Shown one piece after another: positions 10,790 through 22,889 of a stretch of 64,000 bases of DNA (position 1 is its first letter; every line of letters begins with the position of its first letter). Source of the DNA: Dudresnaya verticillata (lineage: Eukaryota); contig OZ374565.1 in NCBI GenBank assembly GCA_977862235.1, positions 868,001 through 932,000 on the forward strand, written 5' to 3'. The notes below the pieces were generated by a model, which saw only the letters and a program-made list of their open reading frames with translations, ran no database searches and was not told the origin of the DNA. A program made the translations under genes and the position numbers.

Positions 10790-13700
10790 TTATTCATGCT
10801 GCGGAGTGCGGATCACGAATTCGGAGCTACGGAACCATTCGGGGTCCCAATCGGAGAGCCATTCGTGGGCGGGTAGCACGGGATCACGCGGGTCCGCTTG
10901 TATTCGAAGCCTTGCGAAGTAGCGCGAAACGAGTTCTTCGGGCACTTGCGTACGAGGTTCCCACGTAGGCGTCGCGTAGCCGTCCTACTTGATACGAAAT
11001 ACGACGTTGCCGTCGTCTTCGGTCACGTGATCGAGGATCCGATCGACAACGTATTCGGGGCCTTCGGTGACCTTCTCCGCGATATCTTTGGGTCGCGTTA
11101 TTGATGGTCTCGAATTCGATGGCGGGGACGCGTAGATACAGCGGTCCGCGGAGACACGTTCCACGAGGCCCTTACGGTCGATCACGAGTGTGCGCGTATC
11201 ATTGAATAGAACCTTATACGGCCCATCCGCGGGGATTTAAACTTCGGAAGTTTCGTTTTCCCATCATGGGTATCGAGGAAAACGTAGTCTCCGGGTTTGA
11301 CGCGGCTCTTCCTGCGGCGGATGCGCTTATCGAAATCGCGTTTGTAGCGGTTTTGCAAGCGTTGTAACGAAGTGCGTGCGGAGTTGATTGCGACATCGAG
11401 TCGCTTAATTAAATCGTTGCGAATGTCCTCCGTGGGTTTCGGTCGGTGCTTCCGGGAGCGATGATTGACCGTGAATTCGGGCGGCGGTCGCGATAAAACG
11501 ACATTGAACGTAATTGTCTTCGTAGACCGATGAACGTGGCAATTGTACGAATACGTTAACGCGGAGACATGGCGATCCCAATCGTCTTGATGGTCGTTCA
11601 AGTAGTTACGAAGCATCGTGAGGATAGTCCGGTTTTATCGTTCTGTTTGTCCATTCGTTTGAGGATGATACGGGGAGGTGAACACGTTCGATAACCCGAG
11701 TAGTCGGCAGACGCCCTGAAAGAACTTCGAAGTAAGTTCTTTTCAGTTATCCGAGAGCACCGAGGCTGGCGGTCCGTACTTGAAGATCCAAAGTTCGTAA
11801 AACGCAACTGCGACGTGATACGCTGTTATGACTCGTAATGTGGCCACCTGGGTCACCTTCGGAAATAGATCCGTAATCACGAGTATGAACTTGCTTCCGG
11901 ATTTCGTTCGGGGCAACGGGCCTAAGATGTCAATCGCGACCGATTCGAGGGGGCGCATGGCGGGGAAGAGCCTCAATCGTTGAAGGTTTCTTCGTAAACG
12001 AATTCGATTTCTCGTGCAGTGCTTGCAATTTCGAACCGTGGATGCGATGTCGGCAGCCATGTAAGGACAGTAGTTCGTTTCACGTAGTGAGTAGAACATG
12101 AAATTCTGCCCCGGGTGGCCAGCGAGTAACGAATGATGCACTAGGGTAAGTATCCGGCGTCGGAGCGTTTCGGGCAATACGATTTGCGTTAAATTCGTAA
12201 TTATCGGATGCGTTCTTCGCAGGGGACCGTCTGCATCTTCGTGAAAGAGACTATGTTTCGTTTTGGATTGTCGTGCTTGCACCGTTTGGCAGAACGAATA
12301 AATACACTGTCCCTCGAGGATCTCAGATACGGTAATCGGTGCGGGTAGGTCTACGCGTTTGACATCGGTTAGTTCACGCGGTTCTTCGTTAGGATCGATT
12401 CGATAAAGGTCAGACAGATCATCGTCATCGATATCGTCCCATAAATCGTAGTCATCGTAGACATTGTTTTGTCCTGCGTATTCATCACGTAGTGCTTCGT
12501 CGTGTGCGTGGGCGCAACATTCGTGGCGTTGAGGATGGTGAGCTTCGTAATCTTTCGGGACCTCCGTGGATCTTTGCGTAGTGCCTTCTCGAATTATCCG
12601 TTTTGCGGGCGTAGTCGTCCGCGTGAAGAGGTGGCGAATCGCGTTGACTTTCGATTGACGTTTGCGAGATCGCGTAGTGATGAGAACCGGGTCTCTTGCG
12701 TTTTCGATAGTTTTTTTATGTCGTTTCGTAAACGTGCTTCGTTCTTTGCTGCGTTTTGATCCGAGTCAAACGTAGGCACTTCGTCTTCGATTGCGGGTTA
12801 TTCGTGATGCGGGAGTAGCAACCTCGAGAGGGCATCGGGAATCTGGTGGACGCGACCGGGGCGATACAAGATTTCGAAGTCGAATTCAGCTAATCGCAGC
12901 CGCCCTCGCGTGAGTCGCGCGGACGAATCGGTGAGAGAAAGAATCCAGCGGAGCGCGTTGTGGTCCGTACGTACGGTGAGCAGGGTCCCTTCGATATACG
13001 GACTAAAGAGGTAACCGCCCTTACGACTACGTACCATTCGCGCTCGGTTGCGGAGTAGTTCTTCTCGGCATCTTTTAACGAATAAGACCAGTATCCCAGC
13101 GGTTGGAACTCTTATTTATCTTGCTTCTGTAGAAACGCGCACCCGAGGTGATACGCAGACGCGTCGGTATCGATGATGTAACGTTTCCCGAGTTGCGGTA
13201 GCCGGACTATCGGCGGTGACATGAGCTTCCTTTTGAGCGTTTCGAATGCGGTAAACTGATCTTCCTTGGGATTCTCGTAATCAGGATCCACGTCCTTTCG
13301 TGTAATGTCCGTAAACCGTCGCGCAATTTTCGCGAAGTCTTTCACGAATCTTTGGTATACGTTACACGCGCCGAGGAACAACCGGACTTGGGTGAGTGTC
13401 TTTGAGAACTTCTTGTATCGGAATGCCTCGGAGCTCTTCTCGGCCATACTAAGCTTCCCCGGGGAAATTACGTGTCCGAGATAGTCGACTCGTTTTAGGA
13501 AGAGGAAGCACTTCTTCATCTTGAGCGAAACCCCGGAGTGACGAAGTAGCGCGAGGACTTGATCGAGATGCGCGATGTGTTCACGAATATTCGCGGAGAA
13601 AACGATCATGTCATCGAGGTAAACGAGGCGGCACTGCCAACGGACTCCGGATAGAATGATATCGAGTGCAAGGTGAAACGTAGCGGGCGTGTTTTCAAAC

Positions 13701-15300
13701 CGAAGGGCACACGAAGATAACGATAAGTTCTGAGAAATGAAGTAAACGTGTTTTGTCGCGGTCTTCCGGGGCAACCGGAATCTGCCAGTACCCGCTGCTA
13801 CAATCGAGTGTCGAGAAAATCGAAGCGTCTCCGAGGGAATCGATACAGTCTTCCATCCGGGGAAGCGGGTACGCGTCCGATAGTGTCTTCGTATTTGGTC
13901 TTCGGTAATCCACGCAAAAACGAAGTGTTCCGGCTTTCTTCGGTGCGAGTACTACCGGAGACGCTCACTCCGAGGTGGCTGGTTCGATTACTCCTGCTTT
14001 GGCGTACTGTCGATTTCGTTGCGGACGATTTCTCTTGTTACGGGCCCTTGGCGATAGGGCATCGAACGAATAGGTCAAGTTCCGGGTTGTACATCGATAC
14101 GATGCTCCGTGGCTGCGATCGTTCCGAGGTCTTCGTTCCAGACCGATTCGTGCTTTCGTAGCGTCTCGAGTACCTCATTTTGCGTAGTTTCGTCGGGTAT
14201 CTTCAAAAAGTATACGCGTTCTTCCCAATCGCGAGAACTCGAATTGGCTTCGGTAGTCGCGGTCGCAGCGCCTTTCTTGAGCTGTTTTCCTTCGTGGATA
14301 CGGATTCTTCCGGTGAAATCGAGTCGTCGTGCTGGCGTAGCGTAGAAATGTTGAGCACCTTGGCAAACGAATCCGTGACTTCGCGATCGGTTGTCAAAAT
14401 CGCGAGCGGGTTTCGAGATGCGTATCCGATGACGGTTCCCTTTCGTAGAGATCGAGGCTTATCCGTGAAGTTCGCCATCAACACCGAAAGCTCGCAATTC
14501 GGACTGATATCGTGTATCCCGTTCGTGAACCATACTCCGTTTCGGTGTTGTAACGAAGGTTTCGGTTCGATGTGAATCAGCCTGGGCGCTTCCAAGGTCA
14601 CGGTGACTAGCTTCTGCGAATACCTCGGGATAGTGAGTCGGCGGTTCAAACGAATGGTGCGGGGGTCTCGGTCCCAATCGTGCATCTCGCGTTGATGTCG
14701 CTTCGATAGCGTTTTCCCGAATTTCTGCTTCGGATTTTTCGAATTAATAGCGAGCGGAGCCGATCCAGAAATACGGTTGGTAATCAGGCTCGTGCCTGCC
14801 CGCTTCGTATGGAGCCTCCGTGGGCTGAGCTCGATGCTTCATAAATGCACTTTCATCCACGAAGTTCCAAGGAGAACGTCGACTGCGAGTTTTTCCGCAA
14901 CCACGAAGGGTACGCGGTATCGAACGTTCCCAAGGCGGACTGTCAGGTAAACGATACCATCTAGTCGCAACCGGGAGCGATCAGCGGACGTGAGCCTCGG
15001 AGCTGGTTGCAATCGTATGCGGCTTCATTACGGAGGCATTGAGGCCAATGGATCCGGTCACGAGGAAGATCTCCGATGTCATCAAGCAAATTGTATCCCT
15101 CGGTGTAACTTCGGGTTCGATTTACGAAATCGGTATCTTCTTCGAATTGTTTTCGGACGAAGCGGCTTTCGCAAGGACTCGACATCGCGTTCGGTCTCTT
15201 TGTCGTGCAGCGCGCTTCTTTCACATCGCAGCGGCTCTTGGAATCTGAATACGCGGAGTGTCTCGGGGAACGGATTCAGACGAAGTACGTGACACAACGG
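10790..15300 (-). pseudogene. pol: Gypsy-A pol (protease, RT, RNase H, integrase, chromodomain), many frameshifts
   Basis: RT: DAYPLPRMEDCIDSLG, LDCSSGYWQI, VYLDD. RNase H: DTDASAYHLG, RTDHNAL. Integrase: HHSLLAGHPG..CKHC, VAIDILGP, SDN. Chromodomain: EYVVDRILDH..IK*DGYATPTWEP. Confidence 0.93.
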
Positions 15301-15312
15301 GTGTCTTCGCCT

Positions 15313-17789
15313 TTACTGGTTTTTCGAATTCGAACTAGAATCCGAATCCAGAGGGTGTGTGTCCGAAGGCGTGGTTGATCGCTCACCTCTTCTGTTATTC
15401 CCGGAGTCGTCGTAAGCCTCCGAGGATAGGTTCGGGTGACTCGGCCCAATCGCGTCAACGTTTTCACGGACTGCGAGAACCGGTTGGCGGCCCGGAGCCT
15501 GCGCGTGTCTCGGATTGCGGAGGACGGTTGGCGGTCCTCGACGCTCAAAGCTGACTTGACGCCAGGCCCGGTACCTCGGGTAGCGCGTATCGCCTTGACG
15601 AAGGTCTCGGTTTACGCGATTGTCACGCGATCCTCGGGAGTTCTGTCCACGGTGACCTCGATTGTCCACGGATTCGAACGAATTCCCTCTAGCGGCACCG
15701 CGATTCACCAAGTTATTACGAGTGTACGGTCTCGTCTCGAGTTGATAGAGTTACCTCTGGTACGCACAGTAGAGTTGTTGCTCCTTCGTGAGATACGGAC
15801 ACAAATACATCAGGTCACCGATTTCGCGACAGAACCAACACGGCCACGCATCCTGGTTCTTCGGGATCATCGAACGCGCCATCTCGATTTGCTCCGGGGT
15901 CATCGGGGGACACGCGCGGGTACGAAACGCTCGACGCGACTCGTAAGATCTAATGTATCATCTACGGAGACCATTGTCGAAGTAGTCGGTGTAGCGGAAG
16001 TGGACCCGGGTCCTGAACGAATCATCATCACGGCCATTTGCGGATCTTCGTTTATCGGGTACTCGAATTCACTTCCGGGGTATCGTAAGCTTCGGTAAGC
16101 ATCGTGCGTCCGGGCGCTCGACGACTCTTCGGGTACGTAGCAGACGCTCGGTTCTTCGAATCACGCGATTCTTGGGCCGCGGTGTCACGATGTTCATGAG
16201 CTTCGCTGGAATGTCGTGTCTTCGGCTTGCGCGATTCGTTGTATGCTCATGAATTTCTTTTGCTCGGACAACGGTAAACAGAGAACCTGGTGCGCCCGAT
16301 AGGATACTTAGTAGGTAGTACTCCACGAATAAATTGGTGCGTTAACGAAGAGTCATCGTAGACACCTGAGCGGACATCCGCGTAGGCTTGTAGACGAGTC
16401 GGGAATTCCATCTCGGTTTCTTCGGACTTCTGCTTCGCGGTAATCACGCGATCGTGGGCGTCAGCGATTACGTCTTCTGAGAAATCGTTGGAGCAATACG
16501 TTCACGATAGCGGACCAGCAAACCGGGTTGCCAGTACGAACGCCTCCGAAGGCATAGTGTTGATACACCTTGAGCGCGGTCTCGTCGAGGAACCACGAGA
16601 TCGTACGAACTGCTGCTCCTTCGGTGAGCCCGACTCCGTTCAGCGCTTGTCGAATATCACGAAGAAATGAGAGAACCTCAATTGGATCGCGTCCCGTAAA
16701 CTTCTCGAGTCTCGGCATCATCGAACGCATGCGCGAAACGGTTTTCGACGTGTTACCTCGGAATACTTCGTGTTGGTTATCCCGAGGTGACGAATTCGTG
16801 AGTCGATACGATCGATAGCTTACGGCCCGCGCGAATTCGGGGATGAGCGTCGGTATCGGTTCGACGCCCGGCTCGAGCGATCCCCAGGGCCAGAACGATG
16901 ACACGGGTCCCGCGAGCGATAACGAATTTTCGATTACGGGTCCTCCGGGGGACATCGGTGGTTGAAGTGAATCTCGTAATACTGCCGGGTTGATACGGGG
17001 GTTGTCGGAGGCATCCGTTGCCTGATGCGATAAAGAGTGCGAAGACTGATTCGGATACGTGTTTTTCGGTAACGTAGATTGGGCACCCGGGCCTTGCACG
17101 GGTTCAACTAGCGGAGAATTGCGGGGATCAGGACGGGCTTCGGGACGATCTTCGCGACTTCGAGTCTTTTCCTTCGGTAACGCGGCGGACGCGATTTCAC
17201 GAATAGCGTTCAACTGTTCCTCCGAGAATGCGTGCGAGCTGCGAACGGGAAGCGAGTGACTCTCCTTGCCTACGGGGGCGGATACGTTGCGTTCGAGCAC
17301 GAGAAACCGGTTGCTGACTTTCGAGACGAGATCCCGGAGACTCTCGAGTGAGTCTTCGATCCTACGGGCCTTGCCAGCGCGGAAATGGTCGAACTCTGCG
17401 TGAACTCGATTATGCGTATTACGAATTGAGAGCTGCGTGATACGGTACGCAGTGGAAAGCGCATCAATGACCTCTTCGTAGAGTAAACGTAGTTCTGCAC
17501 CGGAGACTTCATTCATCGATAAGAGTCGATCGAAGGTATCCGAGGGAACGATTTCTAATGGAGTGTACGTGTACGAAAGGTCCGACTGGCTACCGTGAGC
17601 CTGCGAACGCGAGTCTGTGCGAAGATCGGGTACCGTTATACGTGAAGCGCGAGTGCGAGAAAACGGTTCTCGGTCACTCGCGTTCGAGTCGAATAACGGG
17701 AGCTCCGGAATCGGTACGTCATCGGGTTTCGGTACCGGCGAATCGGGACGACTCGGAGCATGAGACATCGTGTCTCGGATAGAAACCAA
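15313..17789 (-). pseudogene. gag: Gypsy-A gag (frameshifted after 16461)
   Basis: 442-aa ORF just downstream of the PBS. FARAVSYRSYRL and FTGRDPIEVLSFL match Gypsy-B gag FVKALDFRTYRL and FNGTDPITVLGFL. It ends at a slippery site/stop at 15313. Confidence 0.85.
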
Positions 17790-17820
17790 TTACGAATAAA
17801 TGCGAAACTTCGGAACCACG

Positions 17821-17838
17821 TTCTAGGTCGGGAGACCA
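17821..17838 (-). other. Primer-binding site of Gypsy-A (probably tRNA-Tyr)
   Basis: Minus strand TGGTCTCCCGACCTAGAA, 1 nt from the 5' LTR and identical to the Gypsy-B PBS. Confidence 0.85.
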
Positions 17839-17839
17839 G

Positions 17840-18585
17840 TGTGGTATAACGAAGTCCACGGTGACGCGGGGAAGTCTCGCACTGTAAGGAATGGCCTCGA
17901 AGCCTAACGTGTGGCCTCGTAGCCTAAGGGAAAACGAAGAAAGGAAAAAGGGTTGTAGCGTGGTAGAGCGAGGCCACAGATGCGAAGGACCACGGTGTCA
18001 ACGTATTTGTGCGCGGAAGGGAGAACTCGAACAATCGATCATCGGGGACGACTCCGGGTGCGCGGGGCTATCGAAAGCGAGGCTCGACCGTATCCGCTGT
18101 CACGAACACGAAGAAACCGAAATCGAAGAAAAAGGCCTTTACCGAAGACTCTGAGTTCCGGGCGCTAGTCGCTTACTGGAAACCCTCGGAGGCCGTGTAC
18201 TACTACTATGCGTGAGCAAGAATAAACATCAACACGGGAGACGGTTCATACTCGAATGATTCGTAACGGCCTCGATGCCAGCAAACGGCCGTCTCACATA
18301 TGGTGGCGTTTACGAGGTGCGTCAGCAATGCATACGGAGGTGCATGCGCGTCGTGGGAATCGGAGCCGTTCGAGCAGGAAACAACAGGAAAACACGGAGG
18401 TGTCAGAGATTTCGTATTCTGTGCGCACTGCAATGCGAATGCCATCGTGGCGCGCGCACAGTATGCGCACTGTAATGCGTTTGCCATCGTGGCATGCGGG
18501 TTCACGGAGTCACGTCGAAATCCGTACTTCTGGATTATTTTCACGAAGAGCACGGAGTCGTTTTGCGCACAGCGTCTATAGCACA
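17840..18585 (-). repeat. 5' LTR of Gypsy-A (746 bp)
   Basis: TGTGGTATA...TATAGCACA termini; homologous to the split LTR at 388-6926. Confidence 0.92.
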
Positions 18586-18776
18586 AGTCCGTCCCGCCAC
18601 TTGTGCCACCCCCTTGTATGTTGCATACCAATATCCGTCTCGGTTAGCCGCTCGCTGTTCTCCCGTAACGGTGCGAACGGCTCTACCACCCCGTGGAGGT
18701 AGTATCGCTCTCGTCCCGTGAAGGAAGGCAAGGCCAGTTCCCCTTTACGGAGTTCTTGACTTTTCACTATACCACA
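18586..18776. repeat. Right part of LTR family X
   Basis: Reverse complement of 26164-~26355; ends ...cactataccaCA. Confidence 0.85.
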
Positions 18777-18899
18777 ATTACTTAGAGAACCCGTAGAGGA
18801 AGTCATTGTATGTCATCTTAAATCCTGGTAAGCGGACGTCGAACCTCAATATCGCTCTTAGCTTGCGTGTACCATCTTCTACAGCTTCAAGTTTACACG

Positions 18900-19130
18900 T
18901 CATTACCACCTGTGCCACATCGCAGTGCTTTCATGTTTCGAACTGTCAATTCAAAGTGTTTCTTTTGGTTTTGTTCCTTTTCCCTCTTCGCTTGGCATAC
19001 CTTCCACCAAGGCGTTTGGAGTCCGCCCTGTAGCGTTGCCATCCTGCTCTACTAAAACTGTCCTTTGACGCCACTACCCGCCGGGCTCCGAACTCCCCGG
19101 ATGTGCTTTCCGCCGGAAACGCTTTGCACA
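18900..19130 (-). repeat. Degenerate LTR-like fragment related to 21006-21723 and 22269-22889
   Basis: Its reverse complement contains agggcggactccaaacgcc..gg and ccgg..gttcg.agcccggcgggtag, matching 22388-22500. Confidence 0.55.
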
Positions 19131-19733
19131 ACAGGCGTCATTCCACTACATCGTTGTGCTAAATTTCCGTGAGGCTAATTAAACACGAAATCAAAATGAA
19201 CAACGAATGGTAATGCAGAGAGCTGTGATGAGATGGAAAGGAGAAGAAGATGCAATTCGAATTCGAATGTAGCCACGTAGGCTTTGTGCCCTTCCCAAGT
19301 CTCTACCCCTTCTGGAATACTTAAGCTAGTCTTTGTGCGGCATCAGAACAGCTGTACACACTGTCCTTGCTGGTTTCGTGAGTTCTGACTGGACACGCCA
19401 TACTACTGTTCGAACAGTACTATAGGGGAGCGCACCGAAGAGTAGCGAATCAGAACATTGTGCCATTAGTGAGCTTACGGTACAAGCAGTAACTGGAATA
19501 AATGTGACCGAATCACCGGTGAGATATTTTCGGCCCTTTTGCAGTCACTCTATTCGCCGCGTGAGGCACAGTGCACTTACGGTTGGTCAAACGGGAGTAG
19601 AACAGGAGTATTACTACTGTACTGCCTTGTACTATACAGTCTGCTCACCTGCCCATTCCCGCACCGCCCCACCACCACCACCGTACTCGTCACTCGCCAG
19701 AACCACTGTGCGAGGCACTTGCATGTGCGACGC

Positions 19734-20842
19734 ATGCGGACTACGCAAGCCGTGCTGGCTGTGCTGAGTCGCCGCCGCTACCGACGAGGCTACCGTAGAG
19801 ACCTCTTCCGAGCAGCGCATGAGTTTGCTGAGGAGGCAAAGACCCTCAGCTTACGCAACCTTCGCACACTGCGCATCGCCGCGCTAGCCTTTGACTTCAA
19901 GTTCGAGCGTCTCACTGACCAAGAGTCTCTGGAGCCGTTCCAGTTCTGTTGGATGCACATAGGCAAGTTGGCAGGCTACATGGGGCTTCAGACACCGTGA
20001 ACGCAGCGCAACGCCTACAGCACTACGCCACTGCTCAGTACATGTCTCCTCCGCCGCCGTCTCGTGTCGCCATGTCGCTGGGGGGACATCGAAGAGCTGT
20101 TTGGGAAGCATCCGTCGCACAAGTCAGAAATCTTCTGGGAGACAGGGGAATCGTTCGCGGAGCGGTAAGGGCATCTCGTAACCAGTGCAATCCCTCCTTC
20201 TACGATACACGATAGGGCAGTGGTCTACGCGAAGGCTGTACAGGACAAGACAGGCGCTGGAGAACTGCGTGGGATTCATAGATGGCACTCTTATCGTTAT
20301 TGCAAAGCTAACGGGGCACCGCTTGTAGAACGTTCCGTAAACCGGACACAAGCACATGCACTGACCATCGCAAGCGCAGATACGTCCTTCATACGTATGG
20401 CCCAACGGAAGGCCGTAGGCATGACTGGTACCTGTACAGCACAGGTGGGACAGACGATATGCCGGATGCCGCGCTGATTGTAGACACGGTACAGAACGGC
20501 CTGTACGGGGATAGTGATTACAACCCCAGGATGTTTCTAGAAAGACCGTATGAGGGCATGACGCTTATGGAAACGCAACAAGCTGTCCGCACAGCAATGA
20601 CTGGAGGGCGTATCAATGTGGAATGGCTGTAGAATGAGGTAAAACTATATTGGTCAACGATATACCTTATACGTAAGATGAAGGTGAAGGAATCCACGGT
20701 TGGTTCGCTGTACATCATTGCGATCACGCTCATGAACTTCAGAAACGGCATCCATCCCAACACTGTGTCACTTTACTTCGACTGCCCGCCGCTAGACCTA
20801 GACGCCTACATAGATCTACGCAGTGGCAACGATAGTGTTTAG
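19734..20842 (+). pseudogene. PIF/Harbinger (DDE_Tnp_4/HARBI1-like) transposase relic
   Basis: Across frames: CVGFIDGT, GPTEGRRHD, LYGDSDY, RINVEW, YFDCPPLDLDAY. Paralogous to 27722-28823. Several stops and frameshifts. Confidence 0.85.
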
Positions 20843-21005
20843 CTTTTGACAAGTAGCATAAAAGTTGCGTAGCATCCGGGGCCCCCGGACCCCGCTGGGG
20901 ACTACGCCCCCAGACCCCTGCTCCGCTAATCCTTCTCCGCAAGGGAAGCTTCCATCATCAGCTTGAACTTCTGCAACTCCAGATCGTTCTGCGCCTTGAG
21001 TTCCT

Positions 21006-21723
21006 GTGTCCCGTGTACTGCAAAACGTCGTGGACGGATAACACCAAGTGCCGGCCGTTCGTAGCCCGGCGCTAACTCGCCTCAGGCGGGTGAGCCCCGA
21101 GGGCGGTAGTAGGAGTAGACCGTAGATAAACGCCCGGGGCAGACTGTAAACGCCCGAGGCGGAGAAAGGGGAAAAGCGCAGTGTCGTACTGACGGGAAAA
21201 GGAGACAAGGGGAAGACACACGTCAACGACGGAAACGACGCGTGTGCACGGTATTCCGGCACGTATCCCACTCTAATAGCGTAACGATTATGTCCGCTCT
21301 TGAGCGCTGGGGGGGGGAGGACACCGAGCGTCTCGGATGAGAAAGGAAAAAAGGGTAGAAGTACGGAACTCGACGCGGAAGCGCGATCATCTTGTCGCAT
21401 ACCCAACGAAGTTAGAGGTGATGACGCTAACGAGCGAAGGGGCGAAGTCTGAAGAGTGAAAGGCTTGCCTGGGGTTTACTGAGTCGTCTCCCGACTGGGT
21501 TCCTATGTAGTACTGCTACTGCTAGAGCAACGGCGGCGGTGTCACGGCGCGCGGGAACGCAGGACAATTGTCCTCCCAGCGTGGGTCTGACAAGTACCCT
21601 GGAATGCAGCCACTCGCCTGACAGATTTGTCTATACTGCGGCGCAAATAAAGAGGATGCTTGCACTTACAAGTGGGTACGTGTCGCGCTTACAGAAGCGT
21701 ACCACGTGATTTGTTCAGCCACA
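21006..21723. repeat. Relic LTR-like repeat (boundaries approximate)
   Basis: Shares ordered blocks with 22269-22889: ccgttcgtag, gactgtaaacgccc, gacgcggaagcgcg, ggcttgc..gtttac, atgcagcc..ctgacagat. Also weakly similar to the reverse of solo LTR 880-1716. Confidence 0.6.
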
Positions 21724-21777
21724 TGGTGGCACGGTTGCGGCTCGGCTATTGCCGAGTGTGCAACGTGTCTGTGTATA

Positions 21778-22268
21778 CAGTGATGGCAAAAACTATAAGA
21801 CATTTAGCCTTATCAGGGCGTCTTTCAGACAGGTTTTAAGCTTTCACCAAAACCGTTTCTGCGTATCTTCCCACAGACACATCCAAAGCAACGGAGAGCA
21901 TATTTTCAGAAAAACAAAAATCGTTTCGATTTATATACAAGTTTCGTTAGAATGCCCGGCAAAAACTATAAGCACACTTTCTTTCGAAAGCCTCCCAGGG
22001 CGCCAAAATACCTACAATTCCCCAAAACGTGCTTTGCACGACTCACCGCAACCACCCCAGGCCGCAGGTGGAAAGACCTGCTTCCTCAACGCTAAGCACC
22101 ACCCACAGATATGCCGCGAAGGACGAACCTGTCTACCTTCGAAAAAGGGCAGATTCTCGCCCACCAGTCGAACTGTTTGTCAGTTGCAGCGATCGCAAGG
22201 GACCTTAAGCGGCCCCGTACCATTATAACCAACCTCCTGAAGGACCAACAGCGCTGCAACAAAACATC
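21778..22268 (+). mobile_element. 5' remnant of a Tc1/Tc3-like DNA transposon
   Basis: TA|CAGTG terminus. Motif GGCAAAAACTATAAG occurs twice (21785, 21958). ORF from 22111 (MPRRTNLSTFEKGQILAHQSNCLSVAAIARDLKRPRTII..LKD) resembles the Tc3 N-terminal HTH and is truncated by an LTR-like repeat. Confidence 0.8.
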
Positions 22269-22889
22269 TGTACTGCGTGTGCCGCGTGTCACTCATCGGA
22301 AACCGGCTTTGCCGTAATCCACGCCTAGGGCGACATTTCCCGGGAAGTGCGGGTGGCGCAAACGCGTCCGATGACTAACTGCACCTCCGGACCGTTCGTA
22401 GTCCGGTGGGTAGCCGCTGGAAGCGGGTAGGGTGGTAGATCTAAGGGAAATCGCCGAGGGCGGACTGTAAACGCCCTGGGCGGTAAAAGGGAAAACGAGA
22501 GAACAAAAGGGAAAAAAGGGGGCAGAGAGAAACACGTCATGGACGCGTGCGGACGCGGAAGCGCGGGAGGTCAGACGCTTGGGCCTCAAGGCTAGCGAGT
22601 AGGTACGCGTAGCGCGAGACGGGTAGTCTGGACCAGGGTCGGCTTGCTGGGAGTTTACCTCAACGTCTGGGACGGATCAACTAAGTATAGAACTACCTAG
22701 CGGTGGCGGTGCGTGCGCGCGCGCCGCGAGGGAACTCGGGACACGTGTTTTCCCGAGGCGTGTCTGACAGATCCGTCCGTCATGCAGCCGCGCGTCTGAC
22801 AGATCACGCGTAGCTCACCGCTCGAGTCCTTACACGTACACGTGGATGTACTTCCTTCCAGCCGCACGCGTCCTGTGGAGCGTGCGATA
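22269..22889. repeat. Relic LTR-like repeat, probably continuing beyond the pogo insertion (25132-~25330)
   Basis: Starts TG at the point where the Tc3-like ORF breaks; homologous blocks with 21006-21723. Confidence 0.6.

Larger units (their letters stand above)
388..18585 (-). mobile_element. Ty3/Gypsy chromodomain LTR retrotransposon A (decayed; 3' LTR carries two nested insertions)
   Basis: Two related LTRs start TGTGGTATA (388, 17840). 5-bp TSD AGCCC (383-387) / AGTCC (18586-18590). PBS, PPT and gag-PR-RT-RH-INT-chromo order are on the minus strand. Confidence 0.93.

Noticed and set aside
9540..10790. ORFs of 200-280 aa on both strands in the Gypsy-A 3' internal region
   Set aside because: No recognisable motifs and no counterpart in Gypsy-B; cannot be distinguished from GC-rich chance ORFs.
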